A stretch of 64,000 nt of DNA from the IMG/VR virus record IMGVR_UViG_3300017917_002466, positions 189,665 through 253,664 of that record; one strand, written 5' to 3'. Below are positions 47,362 through 57,235 of the stretch, one piece after another (within the stretch, counting starts at the first letter, position 1; every line of letters begins with the position of its first letter). The notes beneath the pieces are model-generated. The model saw only the letters and a program-made list of their open reading frames with translations. It was not told where the DNA came from and searched no databases. A program made the position numbers and the translations under genes.

Positions 47362-49410
47362 TTATCCCTTGAAACCACCTTTCTTATATTCTGGTGGCAA
47401 AGCTGGTGCACTAATCTTCTCTACTTTTTGACCAGTCTTACCCGGCTTAGCTGTAAAGCTTCCCTTTGGAGCAGCCTTGGAAGGAGCCTTTGGTGCACTA
47501 CCAACCTTCTCAATCTTCTTTGGTGGTGCTTTTGGCTTTGCTGTCAATGCTGTTGATGGGCCTTTCTTAGCAGGAGAAGATGGTGCAGATGGAATCTTCT
47601 CAATCTTCTCACCTGGCTTGCTTGGCTTTGCTGTCAACGCTGCTGTTGGGCCCTTGACAACTGGTGCCTTTGGAGCTGGCTTAATTGAAGCAATAGTCTG
47701 ATTGATAACACCTGGCTTAGAAGTTAATCCACCACCTTGAGTAGTTGCCATCTTTGGAGGTGTCAATGCATCTTCGTCAAGATCAAAGTATTTATTAGCG
47801 GCAATCTTTACAAAGCTAAGAGACTCTTCCTGACTTCCAGAGGCTTCTTCATCATCGTCTTCTGATTCCTCTCCCTCTTTTTCATCATCCTCAGATTCCT
47901 TTGGTTTCTCTGCTTCTTCTTCAGCAGGAGCAGCTTCTTCCTCACCACCAAGTTCAGCAGAAGTCTTCTGAAGCAACCATTCAAACGGGTCGCCAGTTCT
48001 TGCCTTCATTGTTCCATATGGCATTTCATCTGCATAGTAATCCATCAATGCCTGATAAAGCTCATCTGATGGATCGTTCTGTGGGTCTGCTATCCAAGCC
48101 TTAAGCTCTTCAAACTGTTCAGGAGAAAGGGCTTTCTGAAGTCCAACTGATCCTAGCTCTTCCTCACCCTTATCACAAGGAACACATTCTTCTGCACCGG
48201 CTGGGCAAGACTTTTCCTCTGCTTTCTCAGAATCTTCTAATTTTTCTGTTTCTTCTTCAGCATTAGGTGAAACTGCACTCTTTGCTAGTTCACCAAGGGT
48301 CTGTTCCATTTCTTCAATCTGCTCAAGATCAAAATAGTTTTCTGTTCCTTCCTTATCAATACAAATAACTTCGTTATTCTCAGTAATAGAATTGACCTTA
48401 TACCACTTGCTTTCAACCTTTACAAGAGTATTGATAAGCTTTTGAAGATCAAGACTCTCAAGTTCAGTAGAACCAATTACACGAACAGGAGCAACGATAC
48501 ATTCTTCTGCATCGCCTTCTTCCTCACCTTCACCGGCGGCAATATCTTCCCAATCAATTTCCCCAGCATCCTCAGGCTCTTCACCTGCATCCTCTGGTTC
48601 CTCGCCAGCATCCTCAGGCTCTTCACCTGCGTCTTCTGGCTCTTCACTAACATCCTCTGATTCATCACCAAACTCATCAGCTTCAGAAACAAGCTTCTTA
48701 TTACTTGAAGTAGATTCTTCTTCAGTTCCAGAAATTTCTTCCTCGGATGCACCGGCTCCCTCTGATTCTCCCTCGGCCGGTTCTTCCTCGGACTCTCCCT
48801 TCTCAACCTTAAATCCCTTGAAAAGATTCTCAAGTGAATCTACAAATGCCTTTGCTTCTTCTTCGTCTTCAAAATCGTGTTCAGACTTTTCAAGACCAGT
48901 GTTTTCAGAAGGCTCAACCGTTACTTTGTTATCCACAACGGAAACTTTTACTACCTTCTCATCTTCTCCTTCTCCACCAACCGATCCTCCCATTTCTGTT
49001 CCAAGTTCCTCAGTTGGCTCTACCTCGTCCATTTCTTCCTTGACTACATCCTTCTTACCTTTCTTACTTTCAGTTTCCATTCCAGTAACAGAAGTACGTG
49101 TTGAACCCTTCTGAACATCTCCTGTATTAATAATAATTTTAACATCCCCTTCTTCTAAAGAGTTTATTTTTTCAATAATATAATTCAAATTTTCTTTAAC
49201 AAAAATAGAATCTATATTTTTAGGAGAAATTTTTGGATTTACAAACTCATTTTGAATTTTAAAGATAGCATTCTTTTTATCAATATATGGTTCGTCAAAT
49301 GCTGCTTTAATTACTTCAATTACTTTATTCCATTTTTCAGAAATAATCTTCTCAGTAGAAGAAACATCTTCTTTATAATTTTCCTTTAAATAGCTTAAAA
49401 ATTCCAACAT
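47362..49410 (-). CDS. large acidic, low-complexity head core/internal-like protein with Pro/Lys-rich tail
   Basis: AGGAG SD before MLEFLSYLKE tag; Glu-rich body; EEPEDAG repeats; C-terminal TAKP..P..KIEK repeats. Confidence 0.75.
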   Translation of the reverse strand: MLEFLSYLKENYKEDVSSTEKIISEKWNKVIEVIKAAFDEPYIDKKNAIFKIQNEFVNPKISPKNIDSIFVKENLNYIIEKINSLEEGDVKIIINTGDVQKGSTRTSVTGMETESKKGKKDVVKEEMDEVEPTEELGTEMGGSVGGEGEDEKVVKVSVVDNKVTVEPSENTGLEKSEHDFEDEEEAKAFVDSLENLFKGFKVEKGESEEEPAEGESEGAGASEEEISGTEEESTSSNKKLVSEADEFGDESEDVSEEPEDAGEEPEDAGEEPEDAGEEPEDAGEIDWEDIAAGEGEEEGDAEECIVAPVRVIGSTELESLDLQKLINTLVKVESKWYKVNSITENNEVICIDKEGTENYFDLEQIEEMEQTLGELAKSAVSPNAEEETEKLEDSEKAEEKSCPAGAEECVPCDKGEEELGSVGLQKALSPEQFEELKAWIADPQNDPSDELYQALMDYYADEMPYGTMKARTGDPFEWLLQKTSAELGGEEEAAPAEEEAEKPKESEDDEKEGEESEDDDEEASGSQEESLSFVKIAANKYFDLDEDALTPPKMATTQGGGLTSKPGVINQTIASIKPAPKAPVVKGPTAALTAKPSKPGEKIEKIPSAPSSPAKKGPSTALTAKPKAPPKKIEKVGSAPKAPSKAAPKGSFTAKPGKTGQKVEKISAPALPPEYKKGGFKG
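48562..48645. repeat. 4 x 21-bp tandem repeat (EEPEDAG)
   Basis: direct reading of DNA and protein. Confidence 0.9.
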
Positions 49411-49491
49411 ATCTTTTCTCCTTTTTGGTCGTTTTCTAAAGCTTTCAATTTTTTCTTTTTCTATTTTACAAATATTACAATTTTTTTTCAT
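49411..49491 (-). pseudogene. N-terminal zinc-finger remnant of a homing endonuclease, in frame with the next gene
   Basis: MKKNCNICKIEK....F.KR resembles the MKxCxxCxxEK...F.K start of HNH/endo-VII type endonucleases. Confidence 0.5.
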
Positions 49492-49499
49492 ACAATCCC

Positions 49500-49590
49500 C
49501 CAAGACAAGGAAATCTCCAAGACTTTTAGTATTTTAAAGGAAAAAGTAAAGTCTTGGTTCTACTTCTTGTCGGGAGCTACCCTATCCTTT
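49500..49590 (-). ncRNA. C4-antisense-like three-stem RNA plus two downstream target sites
   Basis: AAAGGA/TCCTTT closing stem, GGG-TAGCT-CCC hairpin, AAGTAGA-ACCAAGAC-TTTACTT hairpin; loop complementary to GTCTTGG at 49517-49523 and 49500-49506 (next to RBS). Confidence 0.55.
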
Positions 49591-49591
49591 T

Positions 49592-49777
49592 TTAACCATC
49601 AATTTCTTCAGTTCCTTCTCTGTCTAAAGAACAATCTCCAACTAATTTATTTTCAGTGTTGCTAAAGTCCAATTCACTTGGTTCTTCTTCAACTTTCTGT
49701 TCTAACCCATAAAACTCTTCAAAATCCTCAAAGTCTTCAAAGTCATTCTCATCACAATAGTATTTATCTTTAACCAT
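49592..49777 (-). CDS. small acidic hypothetical protein
   Basis: AAGGAG SD; overlaps the regA stop. Confidence 0.65.
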   Translation of the reverse strand: MVKDKYYCDENDFEDFEDFEEFYGLEQKVEEEPSELDFSNTENKLVGDCSLDREGTEEIDG

Positions 49778-50198
49778 TTGAAGACTCCTTACTTGTATTT
49801 ATAGAATTTATACTTCTAAAATTGAACTTATGACTAACTTTCCAATCTTGTTTCTGATTATAAGGAAGAACAAATACAAATTTATTATGTGGTTCTATTC
49901 TTTCATTCGCAACTTCTATTAAACCCCACGATTTTAAACAAAAAGCAATTGCATTTCTTCTAAGTATATCATCCTCACAAATAGCATTATAAGCAAAATC
50001 TCTTGTTAAAAGAAACATCTGTTTAAAATGAACTAAATATTTTTTATTATCTTGGTCATAAAGATAACAAGAAGGATACAAAATCTTCTTTTTCTTATTA
50101 GCGATACCAATACGATTAAGTGTTTCTTTAATAACTTTATCGTCAACTAAAACTTTTATTTCCAATAAGTCCTTTTCAATTTCCATATTTTCCTCCAA
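49770..50198 (-). CDS. regA: T4 RegA-like translational repressor
   Basis: KETL.RIGIAN...K.LY.SC.L.....Y.VHFK.MF, D..RRN.IA..L..WGLI, K..W...K. Confidence 0.92.
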   Translation of the reverse strand: MEENMEIEKDLLEIKVLVDDKVIKETLNRIGIANKKKKILYPSCYLYDQDNKKYLVHFKQMFLLTRDFAYNAICEDDILRRNAIAFCLKSWGLIEVANERIEPHNKFVFVLPYNQKQDWKVSHKFNFRSINSINTSKESSNG

Positions 50199-50224
50199 TT
50201 TAAAAAATTCAAATATCTTCTAAT

Positions 50225-51925
50225 TTATTTATAAGAAACACCTTTCATTCTTTCAATAATAGGATTTAATGTTGTAGCAAAATAAAAACAATCGCCAAAT
50301 ATACCAAAACCAATAATATCACTATTTCTTTCAAGCAAAATACTATATCCATCAAAAGGATCAAAAGTATTAATATTTAATACGCTAATATATGTTCCAT
50401 TAGAATAATAAGTATTAATAGGATATAATAATAACAAATTTTTATAATGTGTCATACTATAACACGAATAAAAATTAGAATTAAACTTTAAAACATCAAC
50501 TGACCTTATAGATTCTACATTAAAGTTTTTAGTATCAATTCTATTAATAATACCATTATATACTTTCGTAAATGAATCGAAAATTTTATGATCAGAAGGA
50601 CTCATATAAATATATCTACCATCAAAAGTAGCACCATAACAAGGACTAAAAGAACTCACCGATGGACATTTAATAGCATCAATATAACTAAAATCTGAAC
50701 ATCTAATTCTCGGAATATATATAGCTGATAATGATTCTGGTTGAGGAAAGAAAATATTATCTGCTAATGGTATCATATAAACATATTTACCATCAGTAAT
50801 AACATTACCAAATGATTTCATATCTGGATTTATAGATTTTAAATCTAAAAATGTAGCTGATCCTGTAAAATTATTTTTATCAATTCTAGCAACTAATCCA
50901 TTATCCATTTCAAATAAAGAATTATAATTTGGTGCTAAATAAATATATCTATTATCTTGTGTCATTGAATTATATCCAACTGCTGATATATTATCAGATT
51001 GAAGGTCTTTAACTACCATTGAAGCTGAATTTCCAAACATAGTTAAATCTATTCTAGCAACTTTACCATATACTAATGGATTAATGTTATCAAATTGTAT
51101 TAATACATAAAGATATTTACCATCACTTAACATATCAATAACATAAGTTAATGTTGGGTCTATATCAGTTAAACTCATTATAGTACAACCAGATATTGTA
51201 AAATTATTAGGGTCTATCCTAACAATAGAATTTTGTTCTCCTGTATTTAAAAAAGCATCATAATATATGTATCTTCCATCTGATGCCATCGCAATAGAAG
51301 CAAAAAATGTAGGTAATATTGCGCTTAAATTAAGTTCTACTGGTTTTCCAAAAGGTATTAATTCTTGTGGTATTGTTGATTTTTGACCTATATCTCCATT
51401 ATAAGTATATCCAGTAATCTTAAATGGTTTAGAAAAGAAAGCCGTACTTCCGCCAAATATTAAAATACCAGTTTGATAATTAAATAGCCAATTACAAGGA
51501 TCAGTGGGAAATATTTCATTATTATCAGCATCATATAAATGAATAGTATAATCTAAACCATACTTATCACTTATCCAATTTTTAATTCTAGTTCCACCTT
51601 CAAAAGCAAAATAACATTGTTGGTTTGCAACAGAAGTATCTTCTGTTAATGCAAATAATACTCTTTGTGATGCTTTACCTGCGCTTACAGCAATATTAGA
51701 ATTAGAATTAATACTATCTACCCAAACTTCATCTAAAGTTGTATTAATAGTAAAATCACCAAATTCTTCGTAAAACATTTTTGAAGATGTTGTTACTCTT
51801 TTATTAATTAATTCTTTAAAAGATAAATCTTCTTGAGTCCACATAATAGGGTCCGATAAAAGTGAAATACCTGAATTATTACCACCATTAGTATATAATG
51901 ACGCATATATATTTATGTTATTCAT
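50225..51925 (-). CDS. virion structural protein with beta-propeller-like repeats
   Basis: W.FNYQ.GIL.F...P..ITGY.Y.G module; repeated DGRYIY/DGKYVY...RID...F units. Confidence 0.65.
   Translation of the reverse strand: MNNINIYASLYTNGGNNSGISLLSDPIMWTQEDLSFKELINKRVTTSSKMFYEEFGDFTINTTLDEVWVDSINSNSNIAVSAGKASQRVLFALTEDTSVANQQCYFAFEGGTRIKNWISDKYGLDYTIHLYDADNNEIFPTDPCNWLFNYQTGILIFGGSTAFFSKPFKITGYTYNGDIGQKSTIPQELIPFGKPVELNLSAILPTFFASIAMASDGRYIYYDAFLNTGEQNSIVRIDPNNFTISGCTIMSLTDIDPTLTYVIDMLSDGKYLYVLIQFDNINPLVYGKVARIDLTMFGNSASMVVKDLQSDNISAVGYNSMTQDNRYIYLAPNYNSLFEMDNGLVARIDKNNFTGSATFLDLKSINPDMKSFGNVITDGKYVYMIPLADNIFFPQPESLSAIYIPRIRCSDFSYIDAIKCPSVSSFSPCYGATFDGRYIYMSPSDHKIFDSFTKVYNGIINRIDTKNFNVESIRSVDVLKFNSNFYSCYSMTHYKNLLLLYPINTYYSNGTYISVLNINTFDPFDGYSILLERNSDIIGFGIFGDCFYFATTLNPIIERMKGVSYK
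50226..50233 (-). promoter_or_regulatory. T4-type late promoter
   Basis: TATAAATA upstream of regA. Confidence 0.6.
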
Positions 51926-51927
51926 AT

Positions 51928-54012
51928 TTAGCTTGCATTATTTAAACCAGTTAATTTAATTTTACCCATAGTAATATCAACTTGTGGTGCGAAATTAAAT
52001 CTACTTCCTATTGTTTTAGGTTTCCATTCCAGATTAGAAGTAGTATTACCAATATCACCTGGTTTAAACGATGGTAATATCCATTTAGAATTATTTAAAG
52101 TTTCCCAAGTTATAATTTGACCAGGAGTTTTTGCTTGTAAATTTGCTATTTGATCTTGTGTTATAGAAATTTCTGAATTTGATCCTTCTAAAATAATTTT
52201 AGTATACTCAAAACCAAAAGGATTATAACCAAAATAACCTTTTATTATATTTAAATTATTTTTAATTTTAAGATTATTCGGTTGTAAATTACTTAAAAAT
52301 CCTAATGATGCATTACTTATTAAAGTATTTGATGTCATATTAACTGTTAAACTTTTAATTGAAGCTAAATCTAATTCAGTCATTCCATAACCATTATTAA
52401 TAGTAATTTTAACATAAGAATCTTTATTATCTTGTGATTCAAAATATATATCGTATGGATAATAATTCATATTACTAACTGTCAATGATAAATTCTGATA
52501 TGGAAAAGTATCTTCTATTGGTACATATGATAACATTCTAATAGTTTGTAAATTTGGTGCATTTAAAGTAAAAATAGCATCGTTTCTATATGATCCAATA
52601 ATAAAATCTTTATTTAAAATTCTTATTTCTGTTGCACTTATATTTACTGTTAAATTTTCATTAGAAAGTATATTTATTGAATCAAAAGTTATAATATTTT
52701 CAGAAAATAAATCTATTGTTGAACTTATTGATGGAAGTGCTATTGTTGGATAATATTGTATTCCAACTCCTGATATATTTCCTAAAAATCTCCATTTAGT
52801 ACCAGTTGCACTAATTTCATCTGGAATAATATTAATTATATTAGATGTTGATTCACCTATATTTTTTGTTTTTGCCAATATTATTTCTGAAAAATCAAAA
52901 GTTATATTATTAGAAATATTATATGGTATTATATTAAATTGCAAAAATCCATAAAAATTAAAACCTGAATATGCTGAAATTATATATCCTGATTCTTTAG
53001 GATAAATTGAAAAAACTTTTTCTTCTCCAAAAATACCTGAACTTGGGAATCCTTCTTTAATAATTAAAGATTTCATATTAACATTATTATTAATAGTACA
53101 ATGACCAATACCATTTTCATTAAATTCAATATCATTTGTACTATCAGGAATAATACCCAAAGACCAATTTAAAGAATTATTCCATAAACCAGATGTATTT
53201 GCTATCCAATAATTTTTAGGTCCAAATTGAAGAGTTCCATTTACTGGATGTGTATATCCTTTTAATCCACCAAGATCAGCGCTTAATGTATAAATATTAT
53301 AAACTTCTTCATCTGATAATACTCGATTATAAATTATTATATTATAAGTATCAATAGATTGATTATTATTAGTAGTTTGGAAAAAATTTCCAATTGAAAT
53401 ATCTGATAAAATAGCGTCATTAAATGGTATTGTATTTATAGGAGTGGAATATATTGTTGATTTATTACTAATGCCATCAATATAAAATTTATATTCTCCA
53501 ATAGAATTTCTTATAACTGTAATTGCGTGAATTCCTAATGGAATTCTGCCTTCCAATGTATAATCAATATATACGTTTTCTTGATATATTTCAAATGGTT
53601 CCCAATTTCCTACTAATATAATTAAATTAACATTTTTTTGACCTTGAGTAATTATAAATTGTAATGACCCAAAATCATAATTTCCAAATGGAAGAAAATT
53701 ACCAGCATTTAAAATATAAAACTCAGCTGTATTAGTAATATTAACTATACTATGAATTGTAAAACCATCATTGCCCCAAATAATTTTACCATTTGTTTGT
53801 AAATATTTTGCTATAATTGTATCAGTTTGGGACGTTAAAAGAATACCATTATCATAAACTAAGTTATTAACCATCGTTCCACTTATATTAGCACTAGGAC
53901 TATAAATTGGAAAAGTAGTTCCTGAAAATGGTGGTGGATTTTGACCATTCTTCAAACATTCCGGAAGAATAGCAAAATTACAACCAGAAGCATTCCAATT
54001 ACCTATAAACAT
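51928..54012 (-). CDS. virion structural protein with LamG/ConA-like domain
   Basis: H...VR....KFYIDG, IG, IYNRVLS.EEV..IY; W....NWS...P....I.F motif. Confidence 0.7.
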   Translation of the reverse strand: MFIGNWNASGCNFAILPECLKNGQNPPPFSGTTFPIYSPSANISGTMVNNLVYDNGILLTSQTDTIIAKYLQTNGKIIWGNDGFTIHSIVNITNTAEFYILNAGNFLPFGNYDFGSLQFIITQGQKNVNLIILVGNWEPFEIYQENVYIDYTLEGRIPLGIHAITVIRNSIGEYKFYIDGISNKSTIYSTPINTIPFNDAILSDISIGNFFQTTNNNQSIDTYNIIIYNRVLSDEEVYNIYTLSADLGGLKGYTHPVNGTLQFGPKNYWIANTSGLWNNSLNWSLGIIPDSTNDIEFNENGIGHCTINNNVNMKSLIIKEGFPSSGIFGEEKVFSIYPKESGYIISAYSGFNFYGFLQFNIIPYNISNNITFDFSEIILAKTKNIGESTSNIINIIPDEISATGTKWRFLGNISGVGIQYYPTIALPSISSTIDLFSENIITFDSINILSNENLTVNISATEIRILNKDFIIGSYRNDAIFTLNAPNLQTIRMLSYVPIEDTFPYQNLSLTVSNMNYYPYDIYFESQDNKDSYVKITINNGYGMTELDLASIKSLTVNMTSNTLISNASLGFLSNLQPNNLKIKNNLNIIKGYFGYNPFGFEYTKIILEGSNSEISITQDQIANLQAKTPGQIITWETLNNSKWILPSFKPGDIGNTTSNLEWKPKTIGSRFNFAPQVDITMGKIKLTGLNNAS

Positions 54013-54025
54013 TTTTATCTCCTAA

Positions 54026-54271
54026 TCAAATTTCTAGTTTATTTAAAATATTCATTAATATTGGAATAAATGCTATAAAAGGTATTGGTAAAAATTTAAA
54101 CAGAATTTTTTCATCACCAACTTTAGTTAATATTATTATATTATTCGTTAAATCTAATTTATAATTTTCTTTATTAATTTTTCCTTTAAAAATTATTTCT
54201 GTATCACTTGAACTAACTATTTCATATTCTTTCTTTCTAAAAAATTCTATAATCATTGAAGAATTAATCAT
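54026..54271 (-). CDS. hypothetical protein
   Basis: GGAGG SD; tiled. Confidence 0.55.
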   Translation of the reverse strand: MINSSMIIEFFRKKEYEIVSSSDTEIIFKGKINKENYKLDLTNNIIILTKVGDEKILFKFLPIPFIAFIPILMNILNKLEI

Positions 54272-54281
54272 AACCCCTCCT

Positions 54282-56675
54282 TTATAAACCTACTATTAAC
54301 ATTTGTGATGCTTTAGCTATACTATTATTTAATAATGTTACTCTAATAAAAACTATTCCATTTGAATTTGAAGATGTAAATGTTCCAAATGAAAGGTTAA
54401 AAATATTTCCAGACGAAGAACCTAATTTACAACCATTACCATCTCCAAATGATTTACCACAATCTAACCAACCAGATTCATTAGGTAATCTTATTTCTAT
54501 ATTTAAATTTCCTGTTCCAACAGGAGATACGTCTGAAACTGTAACACCTGTAAAAGTTATTCTCATACTAGAATGAGCCATTCCAATATTGGAAGCCCAT
54601 ACACCGACTTGATTTCCTGTAAATCCAGAATAATTAACTGATTGTAATGGTAAATATCCACTAGAATAATTAATTGAAGGATAATCCCAAACGCTATTAA
54701 ATAATACTAAATTTCCATTTGTTAATGGAAGATTACTATTCCAGTTTCCTGTTATAGAAATAGGAATTATTGAAAAATCTGCTGATAATGGAAATCTATA
54801 ATTTTCATCAAACATTGTAATATTTCCATTAGTACTATTAAATGGTGAATATGTATTAACTAATCTATTTTCAGAAATAGATTGTGATGTTGCTGTTATT
54901 CCATTTGGTTTTTTTGCTGTAATTATAATTCTATCATTAATTGAATATGCACTTAATACATTAAGAGCAACTGATAAATCATTTAAAGTATAAACTCCAT
55001 TGTAAGCAAAAGAACTACCAGATATCGCTTTATTAACATTATTTAAACCTTCCATAATATAAGAAATGGGATCAATTGGTCTAATTGCTCTATTTGCTAT
55101 ATTTGTTACTTGTGCACTAATATCAAATGTATCACCTAAATAATAATATCTAATACCAGAAAGGTATCTTGAACTTGATATTACATTTTGAACAATTGTT
55201 GCAATTGTAGAAAATGATGGAGTTGAATTAACATTATCATATCTAACAGCAATATCTCCTGTTTGTAATATTGTAGCACCATCAATATATTTCATAGAAT
55301 GCTTTTTAAATCCTTCTGTTGATTGAACCGCATTAATACGTGCATTTGCTTTTTGCCATATAGAGTTATATGTTGTAAGGGATGTAATTTGAAGCTGACC
55401 TGTAACTCCTACTCCGGCTGAAATAGCTCTACTTTCATTATTAATTCCATCTTCTATATGAATTAATGTTCCTCTTGCTGTTTCAAAAGCAGTACCAACC
55501 ATAAAAGCAGAAGTTATATTTGGTGTTTCCATTATTGATGTATTAGAAACCATATAATCAGTTATTGTATTTCCGGCTATACTTCCATCAGCATACCAAG
55601 CTGAAGTTAATCCTGTTGGAAGAATAGCGCTATATTTTGTTCCTGTAAAATTAAGAGTTCCTCCGAACGCTAATGGTGCTGCCGGAGATATAGCATTTAT
55701 AATAGTTTGAAGTTGACTTATTTCATTCTCTGTAATTATATCTTGGGCGCTTAATGCTGATATTTCTGATTGAAGAAAATTATCCATAGCACTTAATGCG
55801 CTTAATTCAATATTAACAGCGCTTGAACTTCCACCACTTATAACTATATTTTGAATAGCGGCACTTAATTGATTAATTTCATTTTGTAAATTTATATCAT
55901 TAGCACTAACTTGAACAATTAAATTATCAACATATCTTTTATTAGCTGCATCAGTTGGATTAACTGGATTAGCTAAATTAATAATTCTAAAATTACCAAT
56001 ACTTAAATTAGCAATCATCGGAATGCTACCATCTGATAAAATAGCATTTGATGTTCTATTAACAACTACGCCTGGAACTGTTACTACAGGTGATTCTCCA
56101 CCAGTAGAACATTCATTATTTGTTGATAAAAGTTTAGATTCAAATAATATTTCTTCATAACTAAAATTACATAAAAATGTAATTTCATCACTAATACCTT
56201 GATTTAATGAAATAGGACCAAGACTTAAAAGAAAAGCTTCTGAAAATCTCCAAAAAGCTATTGGTCTTTTTTTATTATCAAGAATACTTAAATTAATAGA
56301 TTTAATTGTATATTTACGAAAAAATTCTTCTTCTTTATTAAAATTTTCTACTTTTCCATATTTTAAAGATTGCATCCAATTAAATAAATTGGAATAATTC
56401 TTCATATCTTCTGAAAGTTTAAATTCTATTGAAATTTGAGAAAGATCAGTATTTGCTTTAATACCACCAACAGGATGTCTGATACGAAATCCCATTGTAT
56501 CAGAGTATATTTCATTCATTGTATATTCTGGAAAACTAACACTTTTAACAAAATTATCATAAATTCTCATATCACGAATAGATTCTAATGTTGGTAAATT
56601 AGAAAAACTTACTTGCCAACGATCACTATGAAAAAGATTCGGATAGACATTAGATGGTAAAACTATTTTATTCAT
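54282..56675 (-). CDS. T4 gp19/gp54-like tail-tube (initiator) domain fused to a long fibre-like extension
   Basis: N-terminal PN....V.FP...L.IEF...EDM.NY..L..WM...L.ILD.....F..AF..SLG......F...FSY; then RI.NL.NP...TDAANK.YVD fibre motif and coiled coil. Confidence 0.72.
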   Translation of the reverse strand: MNKIVLPSNVYPNLFHSDRWQVSFSNLPTLESIRDMRIYDNFVKSVSFPEYTMNEIYSDTMGFRIRHPVGGIKANTDLSQISIEFKLSEDMKNYSNLFNWMQSLKYGKVENFNKEEEFFRKYTIKSINLSILDNKKRPIAFWRFSEAFLLSLGPISLNQGISDEITFLCNFSYEEILFESKLLSTNNECSTGGESPVVTVPGVVVNRTSNAILSDGSIPMIANLSIGNFRIINLANPVNPTDAANKRYVDNLIVQVSANDINLQNEINQLSAAIQNIVISGGSSSAVNIELSALSAMDNFLQSEISALSAQDIITENEISQLQTIINAISPAAPLAFGGTLNFTGTKYSAILPTGLTSAWYADGSIAGNTITDYMVSNTSIMETPNITSAFMVGTAFETARGTLIHIEDGINNESRAISAGVGVTGQLQITSLTTYNSIWQKANARINAVQSTEGFKKHSMKYIDGATILQTGDIAVRYDNVNSTPSFSTIATIVQNVISSSRYLSGIRYYYLGDTFDISAQVTNIANRAIRPIDPISYIMEGLNNVNKAISGSSFAYNGVYTLNDLSVALNVLSAYSINDRIIITAKKPNGITATSQSISENRLVNTYSPFNSTNGNITMFDENYRFPLSADFSIIPISITGNWNSNLPLTNGNLVLFNSVWDYPSINYSSGYLPLQSVNYSGFTGNQVGVWASNIGMAHSSMRITFTGVTVSDVSPVGTGNLNIEIRLPNESGWLDCGKSFGDGNGCKLGSSSGNIFNLSFGTFTSSNSNGIVFIRVTLLNNSIAKASQMLIVGL

Positions 56676-56728
56676 TTAAACTCCAATCTAAAATACCATA
56701 GAATTTATGAAAAGCAATACTATATTCT

Positions 56729-57235
56729 TTAAAGTATATTTTCAATTTCTTCATCTGTTTCTTTAACTAAAATACGAAGAATATCAAAATTAAAATCATT
56801 TGGAAGAGCCTCAAATTTACACTGTACAATATCTACTTCGACTTCTTGTTCCAAAATTTCATTAAAAATATTAATTTCTTTAGAACGTTCTTCAAGAACA
56901 TTCGCATATTCTTTTGCCAACTGATTAACTTCTTCTTGACACTTTTGTTTTTCTTCATCTGACTTAAATTCTCCGTTAATTATATAATTGTTTATAATTA
57001 TTTGTTTTCTTTCTTCAAACTCCTTAAACTTTGGTAATCCTGATTCTCTTGCTTTTAAAATATCAGAAGCAATTGGTTGAAGATATGTAAGAGTTCTACT
57101 AATAGCAAAATTAAATCTTTTATCAAACTTCTCTAAATCAGGATATTTATTCCTTAAAAGATATACAATATTAAATATTTTTTCATTAGTTAACCGAGTT
57201 TTCATAAACAAAACCTCCTTATTGTTCACACTCAT
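56729..57235 (-). CDS. helical hypothetical protein (possible tail-fibre assembly chaperone)
   Basis: charged helical protein directly after a fibre gene; GAGG SD. Confidence 0.6.
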   Translation of the reverse strand: MSVNNKEVLFMKTRLTNEKIFNIVYLLRNKYPDLEKFDKRFNFAISRTLTYLQPIASDILKARESGLPKFKEFEERKQIIINNYIINGEFKSDEEKQKCQEEVNQLAKEYANVLEERSKEINIFNEILEQEVEVDIVQCKFEALPNDFNFDILRILVKETDEEIENIL

